56,959 nt of DNA, filler included, from Sphacelaria rigidula (GCA_964200075.2; 8 parts of 8 records of this genome joined end to end with filler, not necessarily neighbours in it); one strand, 5' to 3'. Numbered from the whole stretch's first letter, positions 12,687-25,250 are shown. Translations and numbers: made by a program. Notes: a model not told the origin generated them from the letters alone.

Positions 12687-13984
12687 CTATACTGTTTGCC
12701 GAAAAACAAGGGTTGAACAAAAAGGCAGAGGGCCAAACCAACGAGCAATCGAATACCCAACTTTTCCTAAAGGAATATTGAGAAATCAGCCAGTTTCATT
12801 TTGTTGTCCTTGAAGATAGTATACGTGTAAGCAACAGAGATACTAGCAACTAGGAACGTTTGAAGTTTTCGTGACATGCCCCTCTACACGCGCACGTGAC
12901 GGTCAAATTTTGACTGGGTGCCCAGTGTTTTCTCACGCACTTGCAACCCATGCATTTGTTGTTCTTTCCTGTATCGAACAGCCAGGACAAACTCGCGATC
13001 GAACCTTTTTAATGGACTTCACATTTCTTGGGAAACCTCCGGCTCTGAACGAGTTTCAACCTTTTTCAACGCGAGCATATGAAAAAATACTTCACAAAAT
13101 ATTCCCGGTGGGGTACGCGTTGGACACGCACCAAGCCAGACCTTCCTGTAGTCACTCACGACGGCTGAAATATGGTGTAGTGTTGTTCGAACTGTTTCGA
13201 TAAAAGCCGGCGGACCGCGGTGCTACTAATGCAATGCTTGATGGCAAAGCGTAAGGTGGGTACATGGACCAGGTGAGGAACGGGCTGATGTCGTGAGGCT
13301 GTATCCTCGTTCCGGGGCGGGCGCGGAGGAATCAAAAGCATCAAAGACAAGAAATTATCAACAAGTGAAGAGGTACAGCGAAGAATAACTCACCCCTGTC
13401 CCCTTGCGGACGTGCATGACCCCAGGCGACGGTTCAGGCCCACGGCTATGTGAAGGTGGACCCCAGGTGGATTAACCTGCCCACGTCCCTTCGGGCTCTG
13501 TTCAGCCAAACGCAGGATGCAACATCACAGCAACCGGGGCCTACGGCAAGGTAGGAAAAAAATGAAAACATTGATAGATTTCGACCAGTGACTGGCCAGA
13601 AACAGAAAATACTGGAGTAGTTTTAGTATTGCAGGCAGCGTTTTGACGAGCTGATCGCTGCACTGTTTTTCAGGCTGTTGACACGTATATACATACATCC
13701 GTGTCAACTCTCGTTTGTCTCGTTTTTTTCATCTTATACGTTTTTTCATGTGAAGATATGAGCAATAGACACTTCCTGCGATAGCCCCCCTCCAAAAGCA
13801 GCCTGAAACTGTCACGAAAAAAAGGGTCATACAGCGCCTAATGTTTCCTTTCAGGCTGCATGAAGCGCCTCGTATGGGCGACATTGGCGAAAACGAACCC
13901 AAGCGTGGGAAGTCCCAGCTGCTCGTTGTGCTCGGCTTTTTTCATTTCGATTCACGTGTAGATTTTGCCCCCCGTCTTTGCCCC

Positions 13985-14038
13985 CCGTCTCGAAAGGGAT
14001 GCGTGGTCAATGGTCAAATGAGTACGCCCCCCCCCCCC
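13985..14038 (+). mobile_element. 3' end of the poly(C)-tailed LINE, with an internal 22-bp deletion between two caaatga repeats
   Basis: ccgtctcgaaagggatgcgtggtcaatggtcaaatgagtacg followed by C12. Confidence 0.85.
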
Positions 14039-14049
14039 AAAAAAAAGAA

Positions 14050-14166
14050 GTTAGCCTGGTCCGGCGAGAACCCGGCGTGCTCCGTCCCGGCTTTGTAGGG
14101 GCGGACCCCCGATGGGGTTGGCGGCGCTTGGCGATGACGCTGTAAAACACGCCACTCACTACGGAA
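14050..14166 (+). repeat. SINE-like repeat sharing a core (gagaaccc..gtgctccgtcccgg.tttgtaggg) with 21995-22031; cut by a spacer
   Basis: Direct similarity of 14063-14101 to 21995-22031. Confidence 0.5.
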
Positions 14167-14266
14167 NNNNNNNNNNNNNNNNNNNNNNNNNNNNNNNNNN
14201 NNNNNNNNNNTTAATTAATTAANNNNNNNNNNNNNNNNNNNNNNNNNNNNNNNNNNNNNNNNNNNN
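14167..14266. other. Artificial spacer
   Basis: N44-TTAATTAATTAA-N44. Confidence 0.99.
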
Positions 14267-14355
14267 CTTAGAACAGTAGCCCCATCACCCCTACCGCTGT
14301 TTCGCGCGAAAGAGTCGCGTATATAACCAGCCCGCAACTCGTCAAAAGCGTACAT

Positions 14356-14725
14356 AGTGCGGGACCCGCACTATTGAGGTAATCTGTTCAATTTATTAGT
14401 GCGGGATGCGCACAATAAAGGACAAAACATATTGTGCGGGTGCCCGGTTTAGTGCGGGTGAAATCGCCTGTGCCATACCCGCACTATACAGGGCCACCTA
14501 CTGTATGTGCGGTTCTATGATTTTGTGTGCTCGGTTGCACAGTGCGGGACCCGCACTATTGAGGTAATCTGTTCAAATTATTAGTGCGGGATGCGCACAA
14601 TAAAGGACAAAACATATTGTGCGGGTGCCCGGTTTAGTGCGGGTGAAATCGCCTGTGCCATACCCGCACTATACAGGGCCACCTACTGCATGTGCGGTTC
14701 TATGATTTTGTGTGCTCGGTTGCAC
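14356..14725. repeat. Near-identical tandem duplication of a 185-bp unit rich in AGTGCGGG/CCCGCACT motifs
   Basis: 14356-14540 and 14541-14725 differ by only a few bases. Confidence 0.95.
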
Positions 14726-14845
14726 CAGGAATAACACATCATGCCTCCGCACTACCATATAACATACAATAAACGGTCAACGGAGTCGTGGGGTGATGTG
14801 ACTTGCACCGCATCCTGACGAACCATCTCCAGTCCCCCTGCGGTT

Positions 14846-15162
14846 TGTTAGAAAATGAGACTGTGGGGCATACTCTCGTCAACGCTTCGTATGGTATTGT
14901 ATTTGTATGGGGGCATTGTGTTGATCGCCGGTACTGCTCGCGATAGTTTGGTCTGATATGGAGAGTAATCGAGTTGCTCCCACTCTCCTAGGTTGGACGG
15001 TCAACACGGTGGGTTGTTTGGACTTTCTTGCCCGTAAGTGGCGCCTTGAACACTATCTTCTGTCTACACTCCAGAGCAGCTTGTCCGCTTGCTCGGCTTA
15101 AGTGTCATTGCGCCATCTCTAGCGATCACGTCGAAGGGTTCCTAGCGACATCGTTTCTAACA
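14846..15162 (+). repeat. Copia 5' LTR (317 bp)
   Basis: Direct repeat of 18781-19096 with TG...CA ends. Confidence 0.95.
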
Positions 15163-15707
15163 GGTTTATTTAGCCTCAGCGTTGGTGTCTAAGGATCGGA
15201 GTTCGGAAAAAAGGAAGGCAGCAGCAAAAAGGAAGGATCTTCCTTGGAAACAACGTGAGTTGAGTCAAAGTGAAGACGGCACTACACCTGTGTGCGTCTG
15301 CAACACTGTGTCACGAAGTGAGGACGGCACTTTCTCCTGTGGGCACCTGGTAACATACGTGATCTTCAAACAGCGGGACAATCGTCGCATCCTTTTGGGG
15401 GAAAATTGTACGCGTCTACTATATACAAGTGCAGAGCCGTAGCGTTCCCTGCAACACCGTGTATATCGATACCCCGTGTAAAAGTGTCTAGCGGTGGGAA
15501 TCAAGCGGCACGTTTGGTGGACGCTGCTGCGGTGGGGGACCGATCTGTATACCATTCGTTTACGTACATTATCCCTGTGAGCTACCGAAGAGTCGAGCGG
15601 CGGTGAGCAAAGACGGTTGTGTGGTGTGGGGAAACGATACTTGGACACCCTTGAACACCCTTCATTTATATTTGTGAAGTTGGAGGAGATCGACGAACAG
15701 TATTTAC

Positions 15708-16620
15708 ATGTCGGACGATGAGGGTATTCGAGGGGTACTGACAGTCTGGCCAACGTTCGGTGGCAGGGACAAAGCGAACTTTCGGAGATACAAAGATAAA
15801 CTCTGGGTGATCCTCTCCCTCCACCACAAGGCGCCCGCAGAAATCCTGCAGGGGTGGCAAAGACCCAGATCCACCGTAATCAATGATGACCAACCACCCT
15901 GTAATACGACAACTTCAGTGGCGTAGGATCGTGCAAACAATGATCTGTTTAGTCTTCTGTTTTTTAACACGGAAAAATCAGCGAACAATACCGTCAGACG
16001 CCATATGGGGAAAACCCAAGAAGATGGGGTCGGGAACGGACAAGCAGCATGGGCAGCGCTGCACAACAGGTATGATGGTAACAGCAAAGATACGCGAAGG
16101 GAGTTCCATGACGAACTTCACACCACAACGATGCAGTCAGGAGATGATCCGGAAGACTTTTTGTTTGTCATGGACGGCTACCGTGACCACCCGGATGAAA
16201 TGAAACAATGAATACCCGACGAGCTGTACGACGACATTATCCTCCGAACCCTGCCTGCCGAGTACGAAAGGGTTCGTATTGCTAGCTGCGAGAGGCGTGA
16301 TTTTAATGTGGCGGATCTCCGATACATGGTCAGCACCATGGATACCGACTATCTCTCTCGCCCAGACGCCATCAACTTGGTCGCAGGCTGCGGGGTCGCC
16401 ATGCAGGCCAGTGGAAGTGGTGAGTGATAGCAGAAGAAATCGCACAGTACGTTTCCGCTGCAGAAAGCGAGGCCACGTTAAAAGAAATCGCCCCGCTCGA
16501 AACGCGACCCAAGCACTGACAGGGGGAGACAAGGCAAAGGGGACAGAAGGCAAGTGGTGCTCCTTCCACATGTCAACAACCCACAGCGACGAAGAGCGCC
16601 GTTAACGGCGCAACCAGCAG
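15708..16620 (+). pseudogene. Copia gag, disrupted
   Basis: GNGQAAWAALHNRYD, DPEDFLFVMDGYRD, LPAEYERVR; decayed knuckles FRCRKRGHVKRN and WCSFHMSTTHSDEE. Confidence 0.85.
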
Positions 16621-17119
16621 GCAGCAAACAACCAGCAGGCAGCAAATCTCGCGCAGTGGTCGGGTTACCCCTCAGCCACCGGTGCAAGGGACCAGACCCC
16701 GGCCATCTCCTTCAATGCCTTAGAAGTGCCCAGAACACGAAATCCCCGGGGAGCGGACAACCTTTGGCCGTTCGCTCCAACGAACAAACCCGTTGCTTTA
16801 TTTGACAGCAGCGGACTCTCCGGCGCCTTCGAAGGGACGGACGCGGCGGAGGACGCCGGGGGTCTGCAGTAACGACGTAGGACTCACAGCATATTGCGGG
16901 GAATCAAGGAGGCACTTTCCCCAATAGCCCGCGCGTTGGCCACAAAAGCCGTGGTTCATCACGTCTGGTTGATGTTTGGGAGCTCATTATACCACGGAGT
17001 CACGTCGAACCCCAACGACAACGCTGAAACATTTGGCGGTATCACCGACGCTGATGATGGGACGGCTCTCGCGGCCGAACCCGTTCTCGACAAGTGGAAG
17101 GAGGGCAACAACAGCTCTG

Positions 17120-17300
17120 TCAACTCCGCCAGTGTCATGGTAGACAGTGGCGCGTCGGCACCTTACTTTGACGATACCCTCATCCCGGGGCTGTGACACA
17201 AACTATACAACCACCAGAAACTGGCGATCTCGCGTGAGATCACCATCGTAGGGGAGCAGCAACTGGCAGGGGTTGGTAAGGGACTGCTCCGCGGACACAA
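17120..17300 (+). pseudogene. Copia aspartic protease remnant
   Basis: VMVDSGASAPYFDD active-site motif. Confidence 0.8.
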
Positions 17301-17325
17301 CAAAGACGACGAAGAGGTCGAACAG

Positions 17326-17567
<242 letters not shown>

Positions 17568-17568
<1 letters not shown>

Positions 17569-18638
17569 ACAAGGTTCGAGTCGGCGTGCTAGGTTGGAAA
17601 CAAGTCCCCGGTTTCTGTTGCGGCAGTTATTCCGATCTGCAGGATTCAGCGTATTCGCATGATGTCGGTAGTAGTTGGGGGGTACAACCTGGAGCGGTGG
17701 CAGACTGACTACAAGGTGCTGGAAAGAATCAATCATAAACTGATGGGACGTTTTTTAATGACGGGCATGGGAGATGTATCGTTAGTGCTGGGAATGGAGG
17801 CTGTTCGTGATCGTAATAATAAGATAGTCAACACCAGCCACACAAATCACAACAAGTCTCTCCAGGAACGATACGAGATAGCGAACTGCAACCCGGCGTG
17901 CACTTCTGGGACGGGACAAGCACTGTCACTGGACCGCCGAGGGACAACATACTAAACGAGGAGGACCAAAAGCGCTTCCAGATCATCACAGGCAGTGTGA
18001 TGTATCTCGCTCGAGTGACCCGCTACGACATTGGATATGGCGTGAATCAACTGGCGCGGGCGATGTCCAAACCGTCGAAGGCGTATGTGGCAGCTACAAA
18101 ACACTTACTTCGGTATTTGGCTGGCATTACGGGCCATGACATCATCTACAACCAGGGTGGTTTCCAATTGACGGCTTTTTCAGAGGCGAACTGGAGCAAC
18201 AACCCCGACAACGGGAAATCAACACCATCATATCTTCTCTTTCGCTCGAATGGCTTCATCAGTTGTAAGGTAGGACTACAAGGATTGACGGCGCAATCGA
18301 CCATGGAAGCAGAACTCGTGGCCACTGCACTCACCATGAACGCGGCCATATTTAGCTCGAACATGATACTGGAGATGGGATTCGGCACACGCTTCGACTC
18401 CGTCCCCGTCTACATTGGCAACACTTCAATTCTCCACGTCGCAGGCAACCAAACCTACAGATCGAGAGTCAAGCACGTAGCTCTACGGTACTTCTTTACT
18501 CGGGAATAAGTCAAGGAGGGAAGGATCGACATTCGTTACGTTAAGACTGAAGACCAACTCACCGACATAGGAACCAAGTACCTCAGCAGGCACAGGCACT
18601 GCCATCTCGTCAAGCTGATCAACACATTCAAAATCTGA
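17568..18638 (+). pseudogene. Copia RT (YxDD region deleted) and RNase H
   Basis: YKVRVGVLGWKQVPG; WQTDY joined directly to KVLERINHKLMGRF; GSVMYLARVTRYDI; AFSEANWSNNPDNGKST; STMEAELVA; RVKHVALRYFF. Confidence 0.9.
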
Positions 18639-18780
18639 CTTCCGTCTGGCTGTGGGACCCGTTATTACTTCGTCCTTGAGTGCCGGGACGGTTGAATTGA
18701 GTTGGGTGGTTGGAACTAGTATGGATTTGCATTGAGGGGGAGTGTGAGGGAGTAAAACTTGTACTTGCGTTGAGGGGGAG

Positions 18781-19096
18781 TGTTAGAAAATGTGGGGCTT
18801 ACTCTCGTGAACGCTTCGTATGGTACTGTATTTGTATGGGGGCATTGTGTCGATCGCCGGTACTGCTCACGATAGTTTGGTCTGATATGGAGCGTAGCGG
18901 TAATCGGGTTGCTCCCACTCTCCTCGGTTGACCGTTCAACACGGTGGGTTGCTTGGACTGTCTTGCCCGCAAGAGGCACCTTGAAACTTTCTTCTGTCTA
19001 CACTCCAGAGCAATTTGCCTGCTTGCTTGGCTTAAGTGCCATTGCACCACCTCTACCGATCACGTCAAAGGGGTCCTAGCGATACCTTTTCTAACA
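18781..19096 (+). repeat. Copia 3' LTR (316 bp)
   Basis: Direct repeat of 14846-15162, visibly diverged. Confidence 0.95.
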
Positions 19097-19976
19097 CGGT
19101 TTTCCTTCGGTTGGTATGTACTTTCCAGGTAGGAGCATGACCATGCGACGAAGGATCTATGCAAAACGTAGACAAAAATCCAACACACCCGCGTGCTGCT
19201 TCCTTGTGCGCAATGTATTCATATATGCGAACTTCTCATGCTCCGACAAGAGATTGGGTCTGTCAGCGGAAGTTGGGTCTCTGTCGACCGAAATGTTAAA
19301 GGGCGTGTCGTTTTATTGACGTGGATCACCCCTTCATCGATTGACTCAAAAGCTTATCTCAGTTCATAGTGCGAATCTCCCGCCACTCCATATATCTGCG
19401 TATGTATAGGCAAGAAGAAATTCCGTGAGGCCTCATATGTTTTGGAGCAGTTATCGTCTCATGTGATTCTGGGTTCTCAGACGGCAGGACAATACCCGAA
19501 CCTGCTGCAGACCCTCAATTGACTTCGACCCTGGTACGGTCATCTTTGTACGAATGTGTTATCCCTTGATCGATCGATTTTCAAGTGCTGATATCGGCCC
19601 AAGATGCTAATCTCGCGCCACTTGCAGCATCCTATCTTGTGTGGGCAAGGCAATTTCGTGAGCTGTCCTACGCCATTTGATCAGCTATCATCTGCTGCAC
19701 GCGAAAATCGATTTTGCTCTCAGATGGAGTCTGCCGTAGATGGTGAATTAGATACGAATCTTTCAGGGTCGGGAACTCCCACCGTGCGATCCGAAATTCA
19801 AGCTCAAGCCCACCTTCCGGGGACCCGAATAAAATACAAGGCCGCTATTGATCGCCTGGCCGGCATGTACGGCTCTTGCAGCCCTTCAGGTCATACTAAC
19901 TACACGCCTGGCAGCCCTTCCGGTCGCTTAAACATATCTCACTGTGAGGAAGGCGTATCGCGAGGGTAGACAGAGA

Positions 19977-20419
19977 AACACGAGATCTTACGAATTGGGG
20001 ATGGATCTTTTATTGGGGATGGGAAACCCGGAGAATGAAATCTTCGTATCCTCACCAAATCGTCGAAACATGGTTCTGTTTCTTCACCTACTGATAGCTA
20101 TTGCCAACTGCTAGACGCCACAGAGATTTGGATTTCGACCACCGAAACGTTGGGGGCCTAGGTCAAAAACCAATTTCGGAACCATTTTGGCGTCCGTTCG
20201 GACACCCGGAATTCCCCAAAATTGGTTTTGCACCTAGGACCCCAACGTTTCGGTGATCGAAATCCAAATTTCTATGTCTTGTAGTAGTTGTCAGTAGCTA
20301 TCAGTTGGTGAAGAAATAGAACCATGTTTCGAAGATTTGGTGTGGATACGAAGATTTTAATTCTCCGGGTTTCTCATCCCCAATAAAAGATTCATCCCCA
20401 ATTTGTAAGATCCCGTGTT
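19977..20419. mobile_element. 443-bp foldback MITE of the 12242 family, 4-bp TSD GAGA
   Basis: AACAC...GTGTT; GAGA at 19973-19976 and 20420-20423; same loop sequence as the 12242 copy. Confidence 0.92.
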
Positions 20420-20560
20420 GAGACCTACGGGGGGGACTGTCGCTAGAGATGTCGTCCTGATGCCGAAGGTACTCCGAGGCTGGCGATGATTTTCTCTTGT
20501 GATATGTAGGCAAGAAGTAGGTCAGACGAGATGTGTCGCCGCGGGGCGACCAGTTCTTCG

Positions 20561-21004
20561 AACAGCGGATCATCGAAATTGAGGATGGAGCTTTTCAATG
20601 AGGATGAGAACCCGGAGGATTGAAAGCTTCGTACCCACACCAAATCTTCGAAATATGATCCCATTCCTTCACCTACTGGTAGCTATAGACAAATGCTACA
20701 CGCGCTACATCTTCGGATTTCGATAGCCAAAATGTTAGGGTCTTATATGAATACATAATTGTGGGGAATATAGGTGGTCCGATCGGATCGCCGAAATTCC
20801 CCGAAATTGGTTTCTCATCTAGGGTCCCAACGTTTCGGTTGTCGAAATCCAAATTTGTATGACGTTTAGTACTTGTCAATAGCTACCAGTAGGTGAAGTT
20901 ATGAAACCACATTTCGAAGATTTGATGTGGGTACGGAGTTTTTAATCCTCCGGGTTCTCATCCTCAACGAAAAGCCCCATCCTCAACTTCGATGATCCGC
21001 TGTT
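20561..21004. mobile_element. 444-bp foldback MITE, diverged subfamily (AACAG...CTGTT)
   Basis: Palindromic and homologous to the 12242 and 19977 copies (gagaacccggaggatt, ccaaatcttcgaaat); flanks ttcg/ctca. Confidence 0.88.
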
Positions 21005-21223
21005 CTCAGGGGACGTAGGTTCGCCCTGAGATCAGGCTCTTCCTGGCATCATCCCGAGTTGTCTAGTATATTGTTGGCATTTCAGGGTCCCGATAATCTG
21101 GTTCTTTCGAACCGTTCCTACCTTGTACCTACATGCGCTGGTTCTTCATGCATGTGTGTCATCAGTCTCTGATATGTCACTGCAAAGAGGTATCTTTCAT
21201 TCCCCCCGCCCCTCTATGCGCCT

Positions 21224-21299
21224 ATCCTGATGAACGTGATCGTACCAAAGCTGGAATATGCAGGAGAAGTATGGGAGGGGAACGTGAAGTTGGTGGAAA
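21224..21299 (+). mobile_element. 5'-truncated LINE ORF2 fragment (post-RT), cut by a spacer
   Basis: ILMNVIVPKLEYAGEVWEGNVKLVE matches the LINE xxxPxLEYxxxVW motif; preceded by a C-rich tract. Confidence 0.8.
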
Positions 21300-21399
21300 N
21301 NNNNNNNNNNNNNNNNNNNNNNNNNNNNNNNNNNNNNNNNNNNTTAATTAATTAANNNNNNNNNNNNNNNNNNNNNNNNNNNNNNNNNNNNNNNNNNNN
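21300..21399. other. Artificial spacer
   Basis: N44-TTAATTAATTAA-N44. Confidence 0.99.
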
Positions 21400-21710
21400 A
21401 GGCAAAACGTTGGGTGGGGGGGCTGACTCCACCCTAAGATAAAATTCAGTGGGCGTGGGCGGGATCCCCCCCCCCCCCCCCGCCTAGAAGCTCATCTAGC
21501 TGACGCCCAACGATCGACCGGGACTTGAAAGAAGTTGAACGTTTGACGTGTACTGGCTGTAGCCGTCTCTTTTTTTCGACGAGTGCCTGCGGGTCTTGCA
21601 AAATGTAAGAACGGGACAGTTTCCGTCACAGAGGAAATTTCTTGATTTTGACCCGACACCTTGGGGTTTACTTCATTTTCTCATCGCATTGGGTGCTCGG
21701 GAATATACAA

Positions 21711-22091
21711 GGGGTGCTGTAGGATACGGTGAAAACATCCACCAGGGGATGACTATTTGTAATCGAAAACCTGATCACTCGGGGATGGTAGCTGGGGGTA
21801 GGTCGATATACCAGGTACCCAAGTATGAAACGGTGGGTACCGGTATGGTATGGGGGTTGTGGTAAAATACGAACGGGTTATATACGGGTGATGTGTGCTA
21901 TATTTTGCATTTTTTGTTTTCATACTTGTAATATCCCCTGCGCTTCTTTCAGGACGAGTCCATAGCCTCAGGGAATCAATCCATTCTTTTGTCGGCCGAA
22001 AACCCGCGTGCTCCGTCCCGGGTTTGTAGGGATGCGAGGTCAATGGCCATATGACTACGGCATGCAAGATCATGAGTACACCCCCACCCCC
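21711..22091 (+). mobile_element. SINE-like element with a LINE-derived poly(C) 3' end; 5' boundary uncertain
   Basis: Tail gggatgcgaggtcaatggccatatgactacggcatgcaagatcatgagtacaccccc aligns to the LINE 3' end; weak box A/B-like motifs at ~21711-21812. Confidence 0.55.
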
Positions 22092-22470
22092 GGTGAAGTA
22101 CATGCCTGGCATTTTAGTCAGCTCTCCCGCACCGCACCACGTCGAGTTTCGTACAACTTTTTTTTTTGCTGTAATGGTCGCGTTCTCTTGCTTTCAACGA
22201 CGGAAACCGGATGAATGTACCCCCCAGGGTAAACGTATATGTCGGGATTCGAAGCTTCAACCGTTCACCCTACCCGAATTTTACATGTACCGGTCAGTCC
22301 ACGGTATTCTACCGTGAGGGTGGTGGGTGTCAACCGTGGACATGGGTTATGATCGAATGACAGCGGACTCCCGTGCTTTCAGGATCGTAACTGATATCCG
22401 ACCAACAAAACTCACATGTAATTTACCGCCCAGACTCGTCCCCTGCCTATCGCCTCCCGTATATCTTCAG

Positions 22471-22597
22471 CGGGGCGCAGTGCCTCCCCGCTTTGCACTG
22501 CGCCGCACGCGTCTTGAACCTGAGATGCGTACTGCAGTTACTAGCGGGCGGTGCGCGAGAACGAGATCGCGATTGCGCGGGGCGTTTGCCCGGAGAG
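22471..22597 (+). CDS. Ankyrin-repeat protein, exon (last ankyrin repeat)
   Basis: tcttcag acceptor, gttggt donor; LPALHCAARVLNLRCVLQLLAGGARERDRDCAGRLPGE fits the ankyrin consensus; phase-0 join to 23821. Confidence 0.8.
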
Positions 22598-23820
22598 GTT
22601 GGTGTGTGTGTGTGTGTGTATGTTTGTGTGTGTGCGTTTTTCCCCTCTCGTGGTGGTGTTGGCTGGTCTACTTCCATGATTTGATGTTGTTCCATTTGGT
22701 TGGAGGCACACGGTGAGGAGGTACATATCCCCGAAAACGCAAAATCGTGCATGCAGACGGGGAGACATGGATGAGGAAGCAAAGTATGTAATTTTGGTAC
22801 GTGTGGTTCTATTGCTCAGACTCGCTGCCAGTATAGAAGTCGACCGAAGAAGCAAAACCTCTCATATGTAACATACTGTGCATTCTATGGGCGCAAGGGC
22901 AACAAAACATCATCCGTTACGTATCACTCGCGTGGTGCGATGATGAAAATTGATGTACGCTGTGCCAGGGCGTGGAACAGGCCTTCGGTCGGGTCGGCGC
23001 TGCGCGCCGAGCCCCCCTGAGGGCGACAAATTTGAAGGATGATTTGTCATTTTGCATAATTTTGTCTTCATTTCGGATGCGTTGACTTCCTTTCACAGGG
23101 TGGGTTTACACGGGGAAAGCGTGAGAAATCGATGCGAAAATGCAAGACGTAATTAGTGGCATAAGTTTTGTTTGTTGCGGAAGACTTGCACATTACACTC
23201 CGCATTTCTTAGTGTGTATGTCAAGAAAGGAGTGTCGCAGCCGAAGAACAGGGAGCATGTATGTTGCGTGTTTTCAGGTGCTGAAACGCGAATATCCTTT
23301 CAAGGTCAGACTCGCTGTGAGGTGATTCGTGTGTTGACATTATTCCTCTGCGGCGGCAATCAGCCCGGCAACTGCGCCGAATCAACAGCCTGAAATCGTA
23401 AAACATTCGGTGGCCGCTGATCTACAAAGTATTGTTCGATGCTGTGCGCTGAGACGTCTTGCGAAGTATGCGCGCCGCCGCAACACTGCACCCGTTTCGG
23501 GCCATGCAGTGTACCCGTCACATCCGCTTGCTTCACAGGCTATGTGTGAACAAACTTCCGTATCAACGAGCGGCCAATGATTTTCGTGTCTGCCCCCGCC
23601 AAGTAGACGTCCCCTTTACCCATGTTTCTGTTGCATCTAGCCAATCTGTCTTCATGTAGCCGGGTACTGTTGTCGGCTTGGCCCTTGCTGCCTTACTACC
23701 TTACTGCATGAAGGGCTTTCGGAAGGGATCGATCGCCTCCTCACATCTCAACAAAACGTTGGTCTTTGTGAAAATACCCGTTTGTGGCCAAGCTATTGTC
23801 CTTTTTGCTGTTTCTCGCAG

Positions 23821-24560
23821 GTGATCGGCAAAACGATATATGAAGAGGACACTTCGAAAGAAGAAGACACGCACGATGCGCTATCGGAGGAGAACCGACG
23901 GTTTCGGCTCGCCATGCTGTCCATGCACATCTTGTTCGCGCTCATGCGGGGTCCCGCCTTCCGATCGCTGTCTTGGTGCTGGCCCCAGCCACTGCCCGGC
24001 GCACAACGTCGTCGCCGCGCAGGACGGTCCCGCGCGCGGTCGTCCATCACGTCATCTTCTCGGTTCTCGAAATCAGCTCGCGCGACTTCTACTTTTACAA
24101 AATCGATTACAGTGTCGTCTACTCGTGACTTGGCTGTGGGTGCTACTGGCGCCGCGAATGGTGCGTCAAGAGGTGCAGCTGCTGAGGGAGGTTCTGCGAA
24201 CAGCATAGCAACACGTACATATCTTGTGCATGATAGGCCTAGGGAGAGAAGTGACGAGCAGCGCTTGGAGCAGCAGAAGCATGGTGCTACTGCTGCGGCG
24301 GGAGGTTCTGTCGCAGTGGTGAACCCCGCCGCTCCGCCGGCCAAATCATCATCAACAACGACGCCCTCCGAGTGTCCGGAGTCTGCAGTGGACTCCAGCA
24401 AGAGTGCGAGAGAAAAATGTGGCAAGTCTGCGCTGTCCCCGGAGCTTACAGGGTGTCTTCTGGGCTGTTCATTGGGGGAAAATTTAACGAACAGCTGGTG
24501 CGTGCCGAGGGTCGTCACGACCCGACGTAGAAGGCGGTTGTTCTGGGACGCTGTGAGCAG
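23821..24560 (+). CDS. Ankyrin-repeat protein, exon (C-terminal region)
   Basis: tttctcgcag acceptor, gtgaga donor; 740 bp open; VIGK...LMRGPAFRSLSWCWP...LFWDAVSR. Confidence 0.8.
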
Positions 24561-25250
24561 GTGAGATGGGGCCCGCTGACCATACAGTAAGAAGTATTTT
24601 ATGTTTGTGTAATTTGATGTATTGTATTCTACTGCTCTTGATTGAGAAGGTGGTGTTGATCTGTCATATTGCTTCTTGCTGATAGCACGGGCATGGATAA
24701 CGACTGAATCATCTCAAAAGTTACCAAGATGTCCCCTTGGTACATGAACTCGCAAGCGGACCCACGCGTAGCGTTATGAATAGTTGGCGCTGACGGCAGC
24801 TTTGTCCACACAAGCAACTACAGGGCTTATTCTCTGGCATGATGCCCTCGTTTGCTCGGCAGGTGCGTCCCTTCAAACCCTCATGGCACTCACATCGATC
24901 CATGAACCGACAGGAAGAGCGATAACCACGCCCATATACGTGGTTTCGTTACATTTTCACCCCTTTCTGTAGCCCTCTTGTGATGGGATCAACACCATTT
25001 CTTGCTCCCCCACAGTATCACAACGGGGTATCACTATGGATGCCAAACCAGCACTGTCATTCGTAGATATAGAACAACTGCGGGGCGAAAGTTTTTTACG
25101 TTCACTCGTGTTTCACTTCTTCTTACCATTTGCTTGGGTGTACTTCGCGGAGAAAATGCCCATATGAACAATTCACATTTAAATTTCCGATTCGACAACG
25201 CATCAACATTCTACACCAAGTTTTGATGGCCCCCTTGTATTTCCCCACAG

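Larger units (their letters stand above)
19730..21180 (+). pseudogene. Possible decayed Crypton-like tyrosine-recombinase N-terminal region, split by two foldback insertions
   Basis: QAHLPGTRIKYKAAIDRL; VLMPK..SEAGDDFL; DNLVLSNRSYLVPTC resemble stramenopile Crypton motifs from recollection; catalytic RHRY residues not seen. Confidence 0.25.

Noticed and set aside
12192-12781. Near-identical peptides on opposite strands (also 44384-44945)
   Set aside because: A consequence of palindromic DNA; no evidence of coding
14050-14166. SRP RNA helix-8-like motif (aagccgggacggagca) and T-run on the minus strand
   Set aside because: The loop is not a GNRA tetraloop, no helix 6 is visible, and the motif is the antisense of a repeat core
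23278-23321. Candidate small exon VLKREYPFK
   Set aside because: Direct splicing from 22597 to 23821 already gives a coherent ankyrin end (GRLPGE|VIG)
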